A stretch of 64,000 nucleotides of DNA from Prolixibacteraceae bacterium (lineage in GTDB: Bacteria > Bacteroidota > Bacteroidia > Bacteroidales > Prolixibacteraceae). Location of the stretch: assembly GCA_963676845.2 (NCBI GenBank), contig CAXXKK010000028.1:5881-69880 (forward strand). Reading direction: 5' to 3'. How positions within the stretch are numbered: the first letter of the stretch is position 1; every line of letters starts with the position of its first letter. Positions 48,476 to 59,300 of this stretch are shown piece after piece. Under the pieces are notes generated by a model. It worked only from the letters and a program-made list of their open reading frames with translations, searched no databases and was not told the origin of the DNA. Position numbers and translations under genes: made by a program.

Positions 48476-49801
48476 CTAGATATAGCTATTTATAAGTTGT
48501 TCAAACATTTCCTGTTTGCCACTAATTTGTTTTGGCTCACCACCTTCTTTAGCCGCAGCATACAAATCTTCAAGAGTCATTTTCCCTGACTCAAAATCAG
48601 CACCTTTCCCAAAATCATAGGATGCATACCTATTCTTTCTAAGTTCCAGATAATTTGAGTTTTTCAAAATGTCATCTGCAATTACAAGTGCCCGGGCAAA
48701 TGTGTCCATACCAGATATATGGGCAATGAAAATATCATCTAAGTCCGTTGAATTACGACGAGTTTTTGCATCAAAATTGATACCTCCATCAGTAAATCCA
48801 CCAGCACTGATAATTTCCAGCATTGCTTCTGCATTCTCATAAATATTTGTTGGAAACTCATCTGTATCCCAGCCATTTTGGTAATCACCTTTATTAGCAT
48901 CTATCGAACCAAGCATACCTGCATCAGCAGCCATTCTTAATTCATGGGCAAATGTGTGACCAGCCAGAGTCGCATGGTTTACTTCAATATTCATTTTGAA
49001 GTCGTCAGACAAATTATTTTTGGCAAGAAAACCCAATACTGTCTGTGTATCAAAGTCATACTGATGTTTTGTTGGCTCCATAGGTTTTGGTTCAATCAGG
49101 AAAGTACCTGTAAAACCTTGTTTGCGTCCATAATCTTTAGCCATGGTTAAAAATTGTCCAAGGTGATCCAATTCCCTTTTAGTATCTGTATTTAACAAGC
49201 TCATATAACCTTCACGGCCTCCCCAGAAAACGTATCCGGTACCACCCAGCTCAATTGTAGCATCAATGGCATTCTTAACCTGAACAGCAGCATTTGCCAA
49301 TACATTGAAATCAGGATTAGTAGAAGCACCGTTCATATAGCGTAAATTACCGAAAACATTGGCTGTTCCCCACAATAATTTAACACCTGTCGCTTCCTGA
49401 CGAGCTTTTGCTTCATCAATCATTATTGCCAGTCGCTGTTCAATCTCGAAAACAGTTCCATCTCCTACTACATCAACATCGTGAAAACAATAGTAAGGAG
49501 CTCCAAGCTTAGTTACGAACTCAAAAGCTGCATCCATTTTTTCTTTTGCAGCATCAATGGGATCGCTCGCTCCATCCCATGGAAAAACCTTTGTACCTGA
49601 TCCAAAAGGATCGAGTCCATCACCACAGAACGTATGCCAGTATGCTACAGCAAAACGCAGGTATTCTTTCATAGTTTTTCCACCAACTACGCGGTTTTCA
49701 TCATACCATTTAAATGCTAACGGATTTTTTGAATCCGCACCTTCAAACTTAATCTTCTCAATTCCTGGGAAGTACTCTTTATTTCCTTTAAAAACTGTCA
49801 T
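48476..49801 (-). CDS. xylA: Xylose isomerase
   Basis: 441 aa, with FCFHD-like [26 protein letters not shown] and [11 protein letters not shown]. Confidence 0.93.
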   Translation of the reverse strand: MTVFKGNKEYFPGIEKIKFEGADSKNPLAFKWYDENRVVGGKTMKEYLRFAVAYWHTFCGDGLDPFGSGTKVFPWDGASDPIDAAKEKMDAAFEFVTKLGAPYYCFHDVDVVGDGTVFEIEQRLAIMIDEAKARQEATGVKLLWGTANVFGNLRYMNGASTNPDFNVLANAAVQVKNAIDATIELGGTGYVFWGGREGYMSLLNTDTKRELDHLGQFLTMAKDYGRKQGFTGTFLIEPKPMEPTKHQYDFDTQTVLGFLAKNNLSDDFKMNIEVNHATLAGHTFAHELRMAADAGMLGSIDANKGDYQNGWDTDEFPTNIYENAEAMLEIISAGGFTDGGINFDAKTRRNSTDLDDIFIAHISGMDTFARALVIADDILKNSNYLELRKNRYASYDFGKGADFESGKMTLEDLYAAAKEGGEPKQISGKQEMFEQLINSYI

Positions 49802-49824
49802 TATCTATCAATATTTGTAGTTAA

Positions 49825-51312
49825 TTATCTGATTACTTTTTCTAATTCGTTTTTCCATCTTTCGTAAGCTGCCTGATAAGCTGATTTATTCTCAAAATCT
49901 GGCTCAATGGTTTCCAGCTTTTTTAGGTTTGCAAATGCTTCTTTTGCTGATTTATAGTATCCTGAGCCAATACCAGCTCCACGTGCAGCCCCAACCGCAC
50001 CATCTGTATTATAAAGCTCAATCGTTGCACCGGTAATTCCAGCCAAAGTTTCACGGAATATTGGACTTAGGAACATATTGGCTTTCCCGGCACGGATCAC
50101 TTTTGCATCAATACCGATGCCTTGCATAATGTCCATTCCATATTTGAAAGAGAATACAATCCCTTCCTGAGCAGCCCTAAACAAATGAGAGTTATTATGA
50201 ATATTAAAATTTAACCCGGCAATCGTTGCACCCGGATTCTTATTTTCAAGCACGCGTTCTGCCCCATTACCAAAAGGAAGAATGCTTAAGCCATCACTGC
50301 CAATCGGCACTTTTGCAGCTAAATCATTCATTTCTTCATACGACACATTACCTCCACCAACTTGCTTATTTAGCCATGAATTCAGGATTCCTGTACCATT
50401 AATACATAGGAGTACCCCCAATCGATTGATTTCGTTTGTATGATTAACATGAGCAAAGGTATTTACACGGGATTTTGGATCGTATTTAACCTCCTCGCTA
50501 ATCCCATAAACTACACCTGAGGTTCCGGCAGTCGTTGCAATTTCACCGGGATTCAGAACATTTAATGAAAGTGCATTATTCGGTTGATCCCCTGCCCTAT
50601 AGCTAATCTTTATTCCCGGAACTAATCCCAATTCATCAGCTGCTTTCTTACTTAATTCTGATTGCACTGAAAATGTTGGTACAATCTCAGGGATAAAGCT
50701 TTTATCGAAACCGTAATAATCCAGAAGAAACCCAGCAAGATCATTATTTTGAAAGTTCCACATAATCCCCTCCGAGAGGCCACTTGCAGTTGTCTGGATT
50801 TTTCCGGACAACTTCATAGCGATATAATCTCCTGGAAGCATGATCTTGTCGATCCTGGAATATAGCTCTGGTTCATTATCCTTTACCCATTTTAGCTTTG
50901 AAGCAGTAAAGTTACCGGGAGAATTAAGCAAGCTTTGCAGACATTTTTCTTCACCTATTTCTTTCAAAGCCAAGTCACCTATTGAAGCAGCACGGCTATC
51001 GCACCAAATAATGGATGGGCGAATAACCTCCTGTTCCTTATCAACCATTACTAAGCCATGCATTTGATAGGAAATGCCAATTGAATCAATATCAGCAGGT
51101 TGAATTGCTGATTTCTGCATTACTTCGCCAAGTGCCAGCTTCAGATTTTTCCACCAATTTTCCGGATTTTGCTCTGCCCAACCTGCTTGCTGAGCCATAA
51201 TTTTCATTTCCTGTTTCGGATAAAAAGCTGAAGCAATACATTCTCCTGTTTCTCCATTAACCAGTGATGCTTTCACTGAAGAGCTTCCTATATCGAGTCC
51301 TATTAAAGTCAT
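49825..51312 (-). CDS. xylB: Xylulokinase (FGGY family)
   Basis: MTLIGLDIGSSSVKASL FGGY N-terminus. The start is moved from the track's TTG at 51360 to ATG 51312, because 51358..51365 is the candidate -7 box. Confidence 0.85.
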   Translation of the reverse strand: MTLIGLDIGSSSVKASLVNGETGECIASAFYPKQEMKIMAQQAGWAEQNPENWWKNLKLALGEVMQKSAIQPADIDSIGISYQMHGLVMVDKEQEVIRPSIIWCDSRAASIGDLALKEIGEEKCLQSLLNSPGNFTASKLKWVKDNEPELYSRIDKIMLPGDYIAMKLSGKIQTTASGLSEGIMWNFQNNDLAGFLLDYYGFDKSFIPEIVPTFSVQSELSKKAADELGLVPGIKISYRAGDQPNNALSLNVLNPGEIATTAGTSGVVYGISEEVKYDPKSRVNTFAHVNHTNEINRLGVLLCINGTGILNSWLNKQVGGGNVSYEEMNDLAAKVPIGSDGLSILPFGNGAERVLENKNPGATIAGLNFNIHNNSHLFRAAQEGIVFSFKYGMDIMQGIGIDAKVIRAGKANMFLSPIFRETLAGITGATIELYNTDGAVGAARGAGIGSGYYKSAKEAFANLKKLETIEPDFENKSAYQAAYERWKNELEKVIR

Positions 51313-51337
51313 TATTCTATTCGATTTAATCGATCTA

Positions 51338-51365
51338 TTCTGTTCCGTTCTGCCATGCAAAGATA
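51338..51365 (-). promoter_or_regulatory. xylB promoter: -7 box TATCTTTG followed by the repeat element GCAGAACGGAACAGAA
   Basis: Minus-strand reading is TATCTTTG-CATG-GCAGAACGGAACAGAA. The repeat recurs at the regulator gene promoter. Confidence 0.5.
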
Positions 51366-51415
51366 TAATTTGATTTTTCTATTTTAAACAATAAGAAAAA
51401 TGTTATAAAGCAGTT

Positions 51416-52414
51416 TTATAATGAACTTCGTACTTTTAGAGTAGTGGGAATTTGAATCTTCATTGGTTTTCCGGTAATGACAAATTCTGCAGCTTTTTGC
51501 CCCATCAATTCAAAATCGGTTGAGATAACTGTAATACCTTCTTTTACATACTTCTTCATTGGTGTTTCATTGTATGAAATTACCCCCGTATCTATTCCCG
51601 GTATCAGTTTTTTTGATTCGCACTGATCAAGAAACATTGCCAATGTTCTATCACTGACCAACAAGTAAAGCTCGTCTTTCTTAACATCAAACATTTTAAT
51701 GTTTTTTTGCACATCAAAAGAGAGGTTATAATGCTTCGCAAATTTTTCAAAATATATTATCGACTTTTGGGGATGGTATGTATAATTAGGAGGATACAAA
51801 TAAATAAAACGATCATATTTCTTTATCAATTCAATATTTTTTTCCAGTGAATTGTAAAGTTCCTGACCAAAATCCTGATATATATATGACATTTTATCAT
51901 CGGCATGAATAGCCCAGTCTATAATTAAGAGTTTATCCTGTGGAATTTTTTTAATGATAGACGATACCTTTTCATGATCAAAATTCATCACAATATATTT
52001 TGAATATCTCCCTATATTCTCAGTTATTATTTTTTCAAACAACTCAATATTATAGTGGTGAAAATGTAAATCAACATTAATATTATCAGGAAGAGCTTCC
52101 CGAAACGAACCATATAAAACTTCTTTATATGCTTTGAAAGTATCTAAGAATAAAAAAACCTTTGTAGTTTCCTGTGCTATGAAATACCCTTTATTCGGAA
52201 CAGACTCAATTACGCCTCTTTTTTTCAACTCAGCATATGCCTTAAAAACCGTATCTCTTGACAGCTTACTTTCATTAACCACATGATTAACTGAAGGAAG
52301 GGGATCTCCTATCTCTAATAAATTTCTATTTACGGCATCAATAACCGCATCAACAAGTTGTTGAAATTTTAACTGTGTAGAAGATGTATTTATTTGAAAT
52401 GAAAACTTACTCAT
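51416..52414 (-). CDS. GntR-type HTH regulator fused to a LacI/PBP1-like sugar-binding domain
   Basis: N-terminal LPSVNHVVNESKLSRDTVFKAYAELKKRGVIESVPNKGYFI (GntR wHTH), followed by about 260 aa with a periplasmic-binding-protein-like pattern. Confidence 0.65.
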   Translation of the reverse strand: MSKFSFQINTSSTQLKFQQLVDAVIDAVNRNLLEIGDPLPSVNHVVNESKLSRDTVFKAYAELKKRGVIESVPNKGYFIAQETTKVFLFLDTFKAYKEVLYGSFREALPDNINVDLHFHHYNIELFEKIITENIGRYSKYIVMNFDHEKVSSIIKKIPQDKLLIIDWAIHADDKMSYIYQDFGQELYNSLEKNIELIKKYDRFIYLYPPNYTYHPQKSIIYFEKFAKHYNLSFDVQKNIKMFDVKKDELYLLVSDRTLAMFLDQCESKKLIPGIDTGVISYNETPMKKYVKEGITVISTDFELMGQKAAEFVITGKPMKIQIPTTLKVRSSL

Positions 52415-52425
52415 AATAGTAATTG

Positions 52426-52448
52426 TCCTGTTCTGTTCTGCAAATGTA
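52426..52448 (-). promoter_or_regulatory. Regulator promoter: -7 box TACATTTG overlapping the repeat element GCAGAACAGAACAGGA
   Basis: Minus-strand reading is TACATTTGCAGAACAGAACAGGA, ending 11 nt before the ATG. Confidence 0.5.
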
Positions 52449-52597
52449 GTGACAAATAAGCAAATAATTTAGAGAATAATAAAAAAGGGATACCCAAATT
52501 ATTCCCCTTACTTACTAATCTTTTAACTATGCTTCCTGTATATCCACCAAAAGAGGAAAATTTCAAATCCTCCTAAAAATGAAGAAACTATACAAAC

Positions 52598-52630
52598 CAA
52601 AAGAAAAAGGCTATCCCTCTGGATAGCCTT
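52598..52630 (-). terminator. Rho-independent terminator (second of two in the spacer)
   Basis: aaggctatcc / ggatagcctt 10-bp stem with a 4-nt loop, followed on the minus strand by TTTTTCTTTT. Confidence 0.65.
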
Positions 52631-52758
52631 AATCTTAGCAACTCTCCTCAAAATCAAATCTATTTTGAGTAAAATTAACTAACTAAACAATTTTTTCTTT
52701 AATCTTATTATTCTCGAATACAAGCACATATAAAGAGGGGAAATGACAATTCGAGTTT

Positions 52759-52796
52759 TAAAAAAAGGTGGTCACAGAATAATACTGAAACCACCT
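52759..52796 (-). terminator. Rho-independent terminator of the SusC/SusD/DUF1593 unit
   Basis: aggtggt / accacct stem followed by T7 on the minus strand, about 140 nt after the stop at 52937. Confidence 0.6.
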
Positions 52797-52936
52797 AACA
52801 AGACCTAAATAGTTATTAACTATTCAAAACTTCCATTTATTTTTCTTAATTTCATTAATTCCTCTCAAATTAATAGACACGCAAACATTAAAGCTAAAAG
52901 GAGAGATACCTATAGTAAAATTACAATAGCTTACTG

Positions 52937-54476
52937 CTAAGCTATCGTAACAATAACCCTTGCAAACTTCTTAAGCTCTGGAGATCCATTATCAGTAACC
53001 TCAAGAATCAAATGAATAGTTTGTCCTGGCTGTACATCTTCTGGAATCGTAATTTCAGCATCTGAGGTATTAGCTTTTTCAATAGAAACAACATTATCAT
53101 ATGTTCCTGCTTCCTGATATTGCCACCACTTATAACTTAATGCATCTCCATCAGGATCAATAGCCTCTCCATTTAGTTGAACAGTCTCCCCTGCTTTAGC
53201 TGAAATATCTAGTGAACCATCTACGCTCACTTCAGGAGCATGGTTTGCTTCTTCCGGACTCATCACACACCAATCAGCACGGGCAGCAAAATCATTTTTG
53301 CAATACATCAATCCAGCGTACCTGAGGATAAGATGTGTCAGCTTCTCCAGTTTCCGGATTCAGATCTTTTACACTTTGCCCATCTTCCCATCTTTTGGGA
53401 TTTGTCTCTGACAGAACAAATCTTCCCCCCAGACCTCCGTAGGTTGGATCTTCAATACTTCTTAAACCATAATCCATTAGGAAGAAATAAGCTGGTGAAT
53501 CACCTTCAGAAATAAAATCATATTGGTTCATGCCCCTTCTTTCCAGGTCTTCCAAACCTGTTATTCCATGATCATGATCAGGATCACCTTCAATCTGACG
53601 TCCATCTCCCCATGTATAATAAGCTTCCATTAATGGCCCATGATTAGATAAGATGTTTTCTTCAAACCAAGGCCCTTGCATATAAGGTTTCAGGCTTTCA
53701 GGAACAACTCTTGTCCACATGTAGGCAAAACTCCAAAACTGAGCAGAATTATAAATCACTCTGATATCAGGCCAATTAGGAGCTACATATTTTGTGTAGG
53801 TAATATCCTGATCCAATACAGTATAGATAAATGTCTTATCAGAAACTTTTTTATAAATAGAATCCCATTCCGGAGTTCCCTCATATTCTTCCTGAATAGA
53901 TTTCAAGGCTCTGGCAAGGGTATTTGTTCCACCCCATATTTGGACATAAACAGGTCCTTCTTTATCATCCAGAAGAATATCTTTGATGTAATCTGAACCT
54001 TCAGTAGCTTCAGCCATACCTCCTTCAAAATCAATATTTCCCACACGAATAATACTTTTTAAGTATTCTGGTGTTGGATAACTTTCGTCATGTAATTTCA
54101 GATTGTTGTACACTTGTGCATACTTATCAATCATTTCCTGCATCCATGTTACACCTGGCCAGCGTAGATCTGTCATTTCACCTTGCTGAGGCCTGGTTTC
54201 AGAAGTATACAAGGTACCGTTTCCATCACCTTTCCAGTGCCATTGTGAGCTGCTGTATATCAGTCCTTCAACATTAAACTCATTTAAATACAACAACATT
54301 CTAATGAATGTATCCTGATCATCAACTTCCCCATCGGTAGTTACAATGGTGCGTGGCTTTTGTGTGTTATTTTTCTCTACCTGACTTGCTGCTACCGATT
54401 CAGGTTCTTGAACCGAACTGGTACAACTAACCAAGTATAGAGAAATAAAAAAAATAAATCCAACCGTTTTTCTCAT
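52937..54476 (-). pseudogene. DUF1593 (nucleoside-hydrolase-like) lipoprotein split by a 1-nt frameshift in a homopolymer
   Basis: The ORFs 53292..54476 (394 aa) and 52937..53311 (124 aa) together align along the whole intact paralogue at 3887..5473. Removing one T from the T5 run at 53295..53299 gives ...RWIDVLQNDFAARADWCV..., matching ...PAAQNGLAARFQWSV... in the paralogue. Confidence 0.75.
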
Positions 54477-54540
54477 AATATATTGTTTAACTTAAAATAA
54501 GCTGCCCCCATAGAGAGACAGCTTATAAAGATAATACCCA

Positions 54541-56346
54541 TTAGTTTGAATATCCAGGATTTTGTGTAATTGTTGGAACACCACCAACCTGACTGTTTAT
54601 GATAGTTGTCTGGCTAAATGGAAGTATCTCATCAACACCAACTTCAAATTGTGCCCCTACCATGTATGGAGTATACTGGCTTTGGAATTCAGCATAACCC
54701 TGAAGTTCTTTTTGAACAAATTCACCTCCAAAACGATTAATATCATAAAAACGGCTTCCTTCAAGACCAAGCTCTAAAGTACGCTCATGCAAAATTGCAG
54801 TCAACGCTTGATCTACTGAATCAAATGATCCATAAAGCCCAACATCATAGTTCGCAGCAAAATCAGTACCATCTTCTTTCATTACCCAACCTTGGGAATT
54901 CTGCATCCTTGCACGAACTTGATCAACATATCCGGCAGAAGCTACCAGGTCATTATTTACCCGTACCTCCAGTTCTGCAGCCCAAAGCAATACATCAGCG
55001 AAACGAATAATAGGAATATTAATAGCATTATGTGGTCTACCAGCATAGTTATCGATACCATCATTAGCTTTCATATGATACCACTTTTTCTGCAAATATG
55101 GACCACCATACAAACCAGTTACATCACGACACCAACTTGGTCCAGGCATTACTCCCCAATCAAGAAATGGAATACCTCTCCTACCTACTATCCAGTCTAA
55201 ACGAGGATCAAGAGGTTTTGTCTCAGGAGTAAATTCATCATCATCAACTAAACCATAATCATTTTTAACTGATTCCGAATTAGTTTCATAATAATCCAAA
55301 TAAGGAAGACCATCTTCATCTACACGAAAGTGATCAACATACCATTGACTTGGTTGGTAGTACCCCCAACCTGTACCATTCCCAGGACCAGTAGCTGAAG
55401 GTGTATAAATCCATTGATCTTCATAATTTGTAGAAGTAATACCGCCAAAACCTGGAGAAGTAATATTGCTACTTACAGAAACCTGACATTGGAATACACC
55501 TTCTTTATTATTTTCCTTTGATGTATCAAAATTATCGTGATAATAAGGCATTAATCCATAAGCTTCACCAGAAGAAGTAACACCATTGTTAACTACATCC
55601 ATACAAAGATTGTATGTAGTCTGGTCATACTTTCGTTGCTCCATAAGGATTTTAACCATATAAGCTTTTGCGGCCCAAACATTAGCACGTCCTATCTCTG
55701 CTTGTGTTTCAGGAAGGTGATCTATTGCATATTGCATATCAGCTTCGATATTTGGCCAAATATCTACATAATTGCCACTCTCATCCGTATTAGGAACTTT
55801 CACGTTAATACCATTTGACTCATCAACCCATGGCACATTTCCCCAAAGACGTTTTAACATGAAATAGAAATGTCCGCGCAAAAATCTTGTTTCTGCCTCC
55901 ATTACTTCTTTTTCAGAATCGGTCATATCATCAACATTTGGCAAAATAGAAAGAACCTGATTGGCCATGTTTACAGCATTATAGTAAAAAGTAAACACGT
56001 TAGGTACAAAGTTCGTTGTTGGACCAATCTTCCATGAAGGGAAAAACTCCCAGCTGGCACCATCTCCGGCATCAGTTCCAATCAAAGCTTCACCACCTCT
56101 AACACCTCCTAACATAGCCGACTGCGGACCACCTAGTAATCCGCTAAAACCACTATTAGTTCCGGTTGTTTGGCCATATACACTTAACAACAAAGCATCT
56201 AACTCATCTGCACTCGCAAGTACACTATTATCATAAGCACCAATTGCAGACTGTTCCAGAAAATCATCTGAACACGATATCGTCACACTTAACAATACAA
56301 ATGCAGACAATACAATATATATTAATTTATGATTCTTAATTTTCAT
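54541..56346 (-). CDS. susD: SusD/RagB-family nutrient-binding lipoprotein
   Basis: Lipobox VTISC and FLRGHFYFMLKRLWGNVPW; 601 aa; downstream of a SusC-like gene. Confidence 0.9.
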   Translation of the reverse strand: MKIKNHKLIYIVLSAFVLLSVTISCSDDFLEQSAIGAYDNSVLASADELDALLLSVYGQTTGTNSGFSGLLGGPQSAMLGGVRGGEALIGTDAGDGASWEFFPSWKIGPTTNFVPNVFTFYYNAVNMANQVLSILPNVDDMTDSEKEVMEAETRFLRGHFYFMLKRLWGNVPWVDESNGINVKVPNTDESGNYVDIWPNIEADMQYAIDHLPETQAEIGRANVWAAKAYMVKILMEQRKYDQTTYNLCMDVVNNGVTSSGEAYGLMPYYHDNFDTSKENNKEGVFQCQVSVSSNITSPGFGGITSTNYEDQWIYTPSATGPGNGTGWGYYQPSQWYVDHFRVDEDGLPYLDYYETNSESVKNDYGLVDDDEFTPETKPLDPRLDWIVGRRGIPFLDWGVMPGPSWCRDVTGLYGGPYLQKKWYHMKANDGIDNYAGRPHNAINIPIIRFADVLLWAAELEVRVNNDLVASAGYVDQVRARMQNSQGWVMKEDGTDFAANYDVGLYGSFDSVDQALTAILHERTLELGLEGSRFYDINRFGGEFVQKELQGYAEFQSQYTPYMVGAQFEVGVDEILPFSQTTIINSQVGGVPTITQNPGYSN

Positions 56347-56378
56347 AGTTATAAATTTTTACAGGTTAAACAATACAA

Positions 56379-59300
56379 TTAAAAATCAAGGTTCAAACCT
56401 ATTACAAACTGTTTAGGAGTTGGGTTTTGGCTTTCAACAGCCCCCATACCGATATCGTCAGCACTTGGAGACAATGACGCATCAGGATCTAAACCTGTGA
56501 ATGGTTTTTTACCACCAACCCAGGTAAATAAGTTTTGACCTTGTACATAAATACGCAACCTGTCGATATTCAAATCCTGCATAAACTTGGTTGAACTAGG
56601 AATTGTATAACCAAGTTGGAAGGTTTTCATACGAATATAAGTTACATCTTCAACACAGTAATCTATTGCTGCACTTGGTGTTTCACTATCATTAATATCC
56701 AGTTTAGGTAATAATGGATTATCTGTTTCACCCCATGATTGATACAACATGCGCTTACTACGATTAAGATTCCAACGTACCATATCTGTATTACGACGAC
56801 TTAAGTTATAAACTTGTCCTCCCTGATTCCAGAAGATAAAAGTACTCAAGTCGAAGTTTTTATATTGCAATGAAAGATTTAAACCAACCTGAAAATCAGG
56901 GTGTGGAGAACCTAACATAGTCCGGTCATTCTCATCAATAACTTTATCATCATTTAGGTCTTTAATCCTCCATCGACCAACTTCAGGAGTAATGTATGAA
57001 GTATATTCGTCAGCGTAAGCTTCTGCTTCTGCTTCTGTATTAAAATAACCATCAACCTGATAACCCCAGATATAAGAAATTGGCATACCTGCAATCGTAC
57101 GGGTTAAAACCCCCATTCCGGCATCACTTGCTCCAGTCAAATATGAATCAGGACTATCTAAAATTTGAGTAACTTCATTTTTATATGCACTAAAATTAAG
57201 AGATGCATCATAAGTCAGATCTCTTGCGATTTCACCACGGTTTGAAATTGTAAAATCAACACCTCTGTTACGCATATTACCAACGTTTACACTTGGCTGA
57301 GTAGCATCAGAACCTGTTTGTGCAGCTTGATTTTGTACTAATAAATCTTCTGTCTCTTTAATGTAATATTCGAAATTAATATCAAATGCACCATCAAAAA
57401 TCGTAGCATCAAAACCAACATTAGAGGTAATTGTTTTCTCCCATTTAGCATCTGGATTACCAATTGTTTCTGCTGTATAACCTGGAAGAACATTGTTTCC
57501 TCCCTCTATCGCATAACCATAACCCACTAATTTAGAATACATTGAATATTGATTCTCTGCATTCAACCCGTTTTGGTTACCAATTACACCATAACTAGCT
57601 CTTATTTTCAAGTCATCCAACCAGCTATAATCCTGCATAAAATCTTCAGATGAAATCCTCCATCCTAAAGCAACTGCAGGGAAAATACCATAACGATTAT
57701 TCTTACCAAATTTTGAAGAACCATCACGTCTGATTGTTGCATTGAAAAGATATTTATCGGCATAAGTATAATCTACCCTTGCGAATAATGATGCCAATGA
57801 AGTTCGTGATAATGCACCACTATTTGATTGAGTTCCAAGACCTGTATCTAATACAACAAAATTTTCATCATCATTTATATCATATTCTTCACGTGTTGCA
57901 GAAATATTATCACTATAATCCCTTATAGCCTCAGTACCTGCCATCAGCTTAAATGTATGATCACCAATCGTTTTATCGTAAGTCAACGTATTTGTCCATG
58001 TCCATGCCGTTGCCCATCTACTTGAACGATTCAAAGAACTCATAGTTGTATTTTCTGAATGTTCAAATGTCTGCTGTGTAAGATTCCAGTTATTAGAAGA
58101 ATTATAGTTCATACCAAATGATGTATGAAAAGTTAAATCTTTTAGGAAATTAACATCCAAATAAACATTACCAAATGCTCCAAACGATGCGTTCCTATCA
58201 AAACGATCTCTCCAACGAGTAGACACAGGGTTACGTTGGTTACCAATTCCGGGGATAGATCCACCAGCTGGGTTACCCATAATATCCCATACTGGCACAA
58301 TTGGGTTCATAGTCCATGCTGTTCCTGCACCACTTCCACTGCCTGTTCTATCGATATATGAAACCTGAAGGTTTTCTCCAACAGTAATATTATCTGTAAT
58401 ATTAAAAGAAGAGTTTGCTCTGGTTGTATAACGTTTATAACTACTCCACTCATTTGAAGTATCATCCTGATCATAGTAGTTCAAGCTAATTGAATACAAA
58501 CCAGCATCCGAACCACCACTTAAACCAACCTGTAAGCTTGTAATTTGTGCAGGGTTGAATAATTCATTAAACCAATCAGTATCAGCAGATTTCACGATCT
58601 GATAGTTTTCAAAATCATAATTCTCAGGATCAACTGCTGCCGCATAAGCCGCAGGATCAGATACACTTAATGCCTGTAATTGTGCTCCGGTATAAGGACC
58701 TGCTTTTATATATTCGGGAATTACAGGGCTTGCTCCCGAACCATAAATAGCATGAGTAGGATCTAAATCAGCACCTTCGTATGCTTTCCACCAATATTGG
58801 CCATACTCCTCAGCATTTAGTAATTCCGGAAAATCATTACTACTTACATAATTAACACCAGTATAAGCACTAACTGAAACTTTTGCTCCACCAACTTTAC
58901 CCTTTTTAGTTGAAACAATGATTACACCATTTGCTCCACGTGCACCATAAACAGACGCAGAAGCAGCATCTTTCAACACCTGAATTGATTCAACATCATT
59001 TGGATTCAATGCATTAAAAGCATCCTCAGAAGCAGATACACCATCAATAACATATAATGGCGTTGAATTACCAAATGATCCGAACCCTCTAATTCTGATT
59101 TTAGAAGTTGCATCAGGATCTCCCGAAGAAGACACAATAACACCAGCAGCTCTACCTTGCAACTGACCACCTACTGTAGCTGTATTTGTTGACTGCATTT
59201 CTTCAGTATCAACTACGGCAACAGAACCAATAATATCTTTTTTACGCTCTGTTGAATATCCAGTAACCAACACTTCCTCTAGGCCAATTCTATCTTCTTC

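Noticed and set aside
51313-51360. ORF-track TTG start adding 16 residues (MHGRTEQNRSIKSNRI) to xylB.
   Set aside because: The extension covers the candidate -7 box and the repeat element, and FGGY kinases begin at the MTLIGLDIGSS motif.
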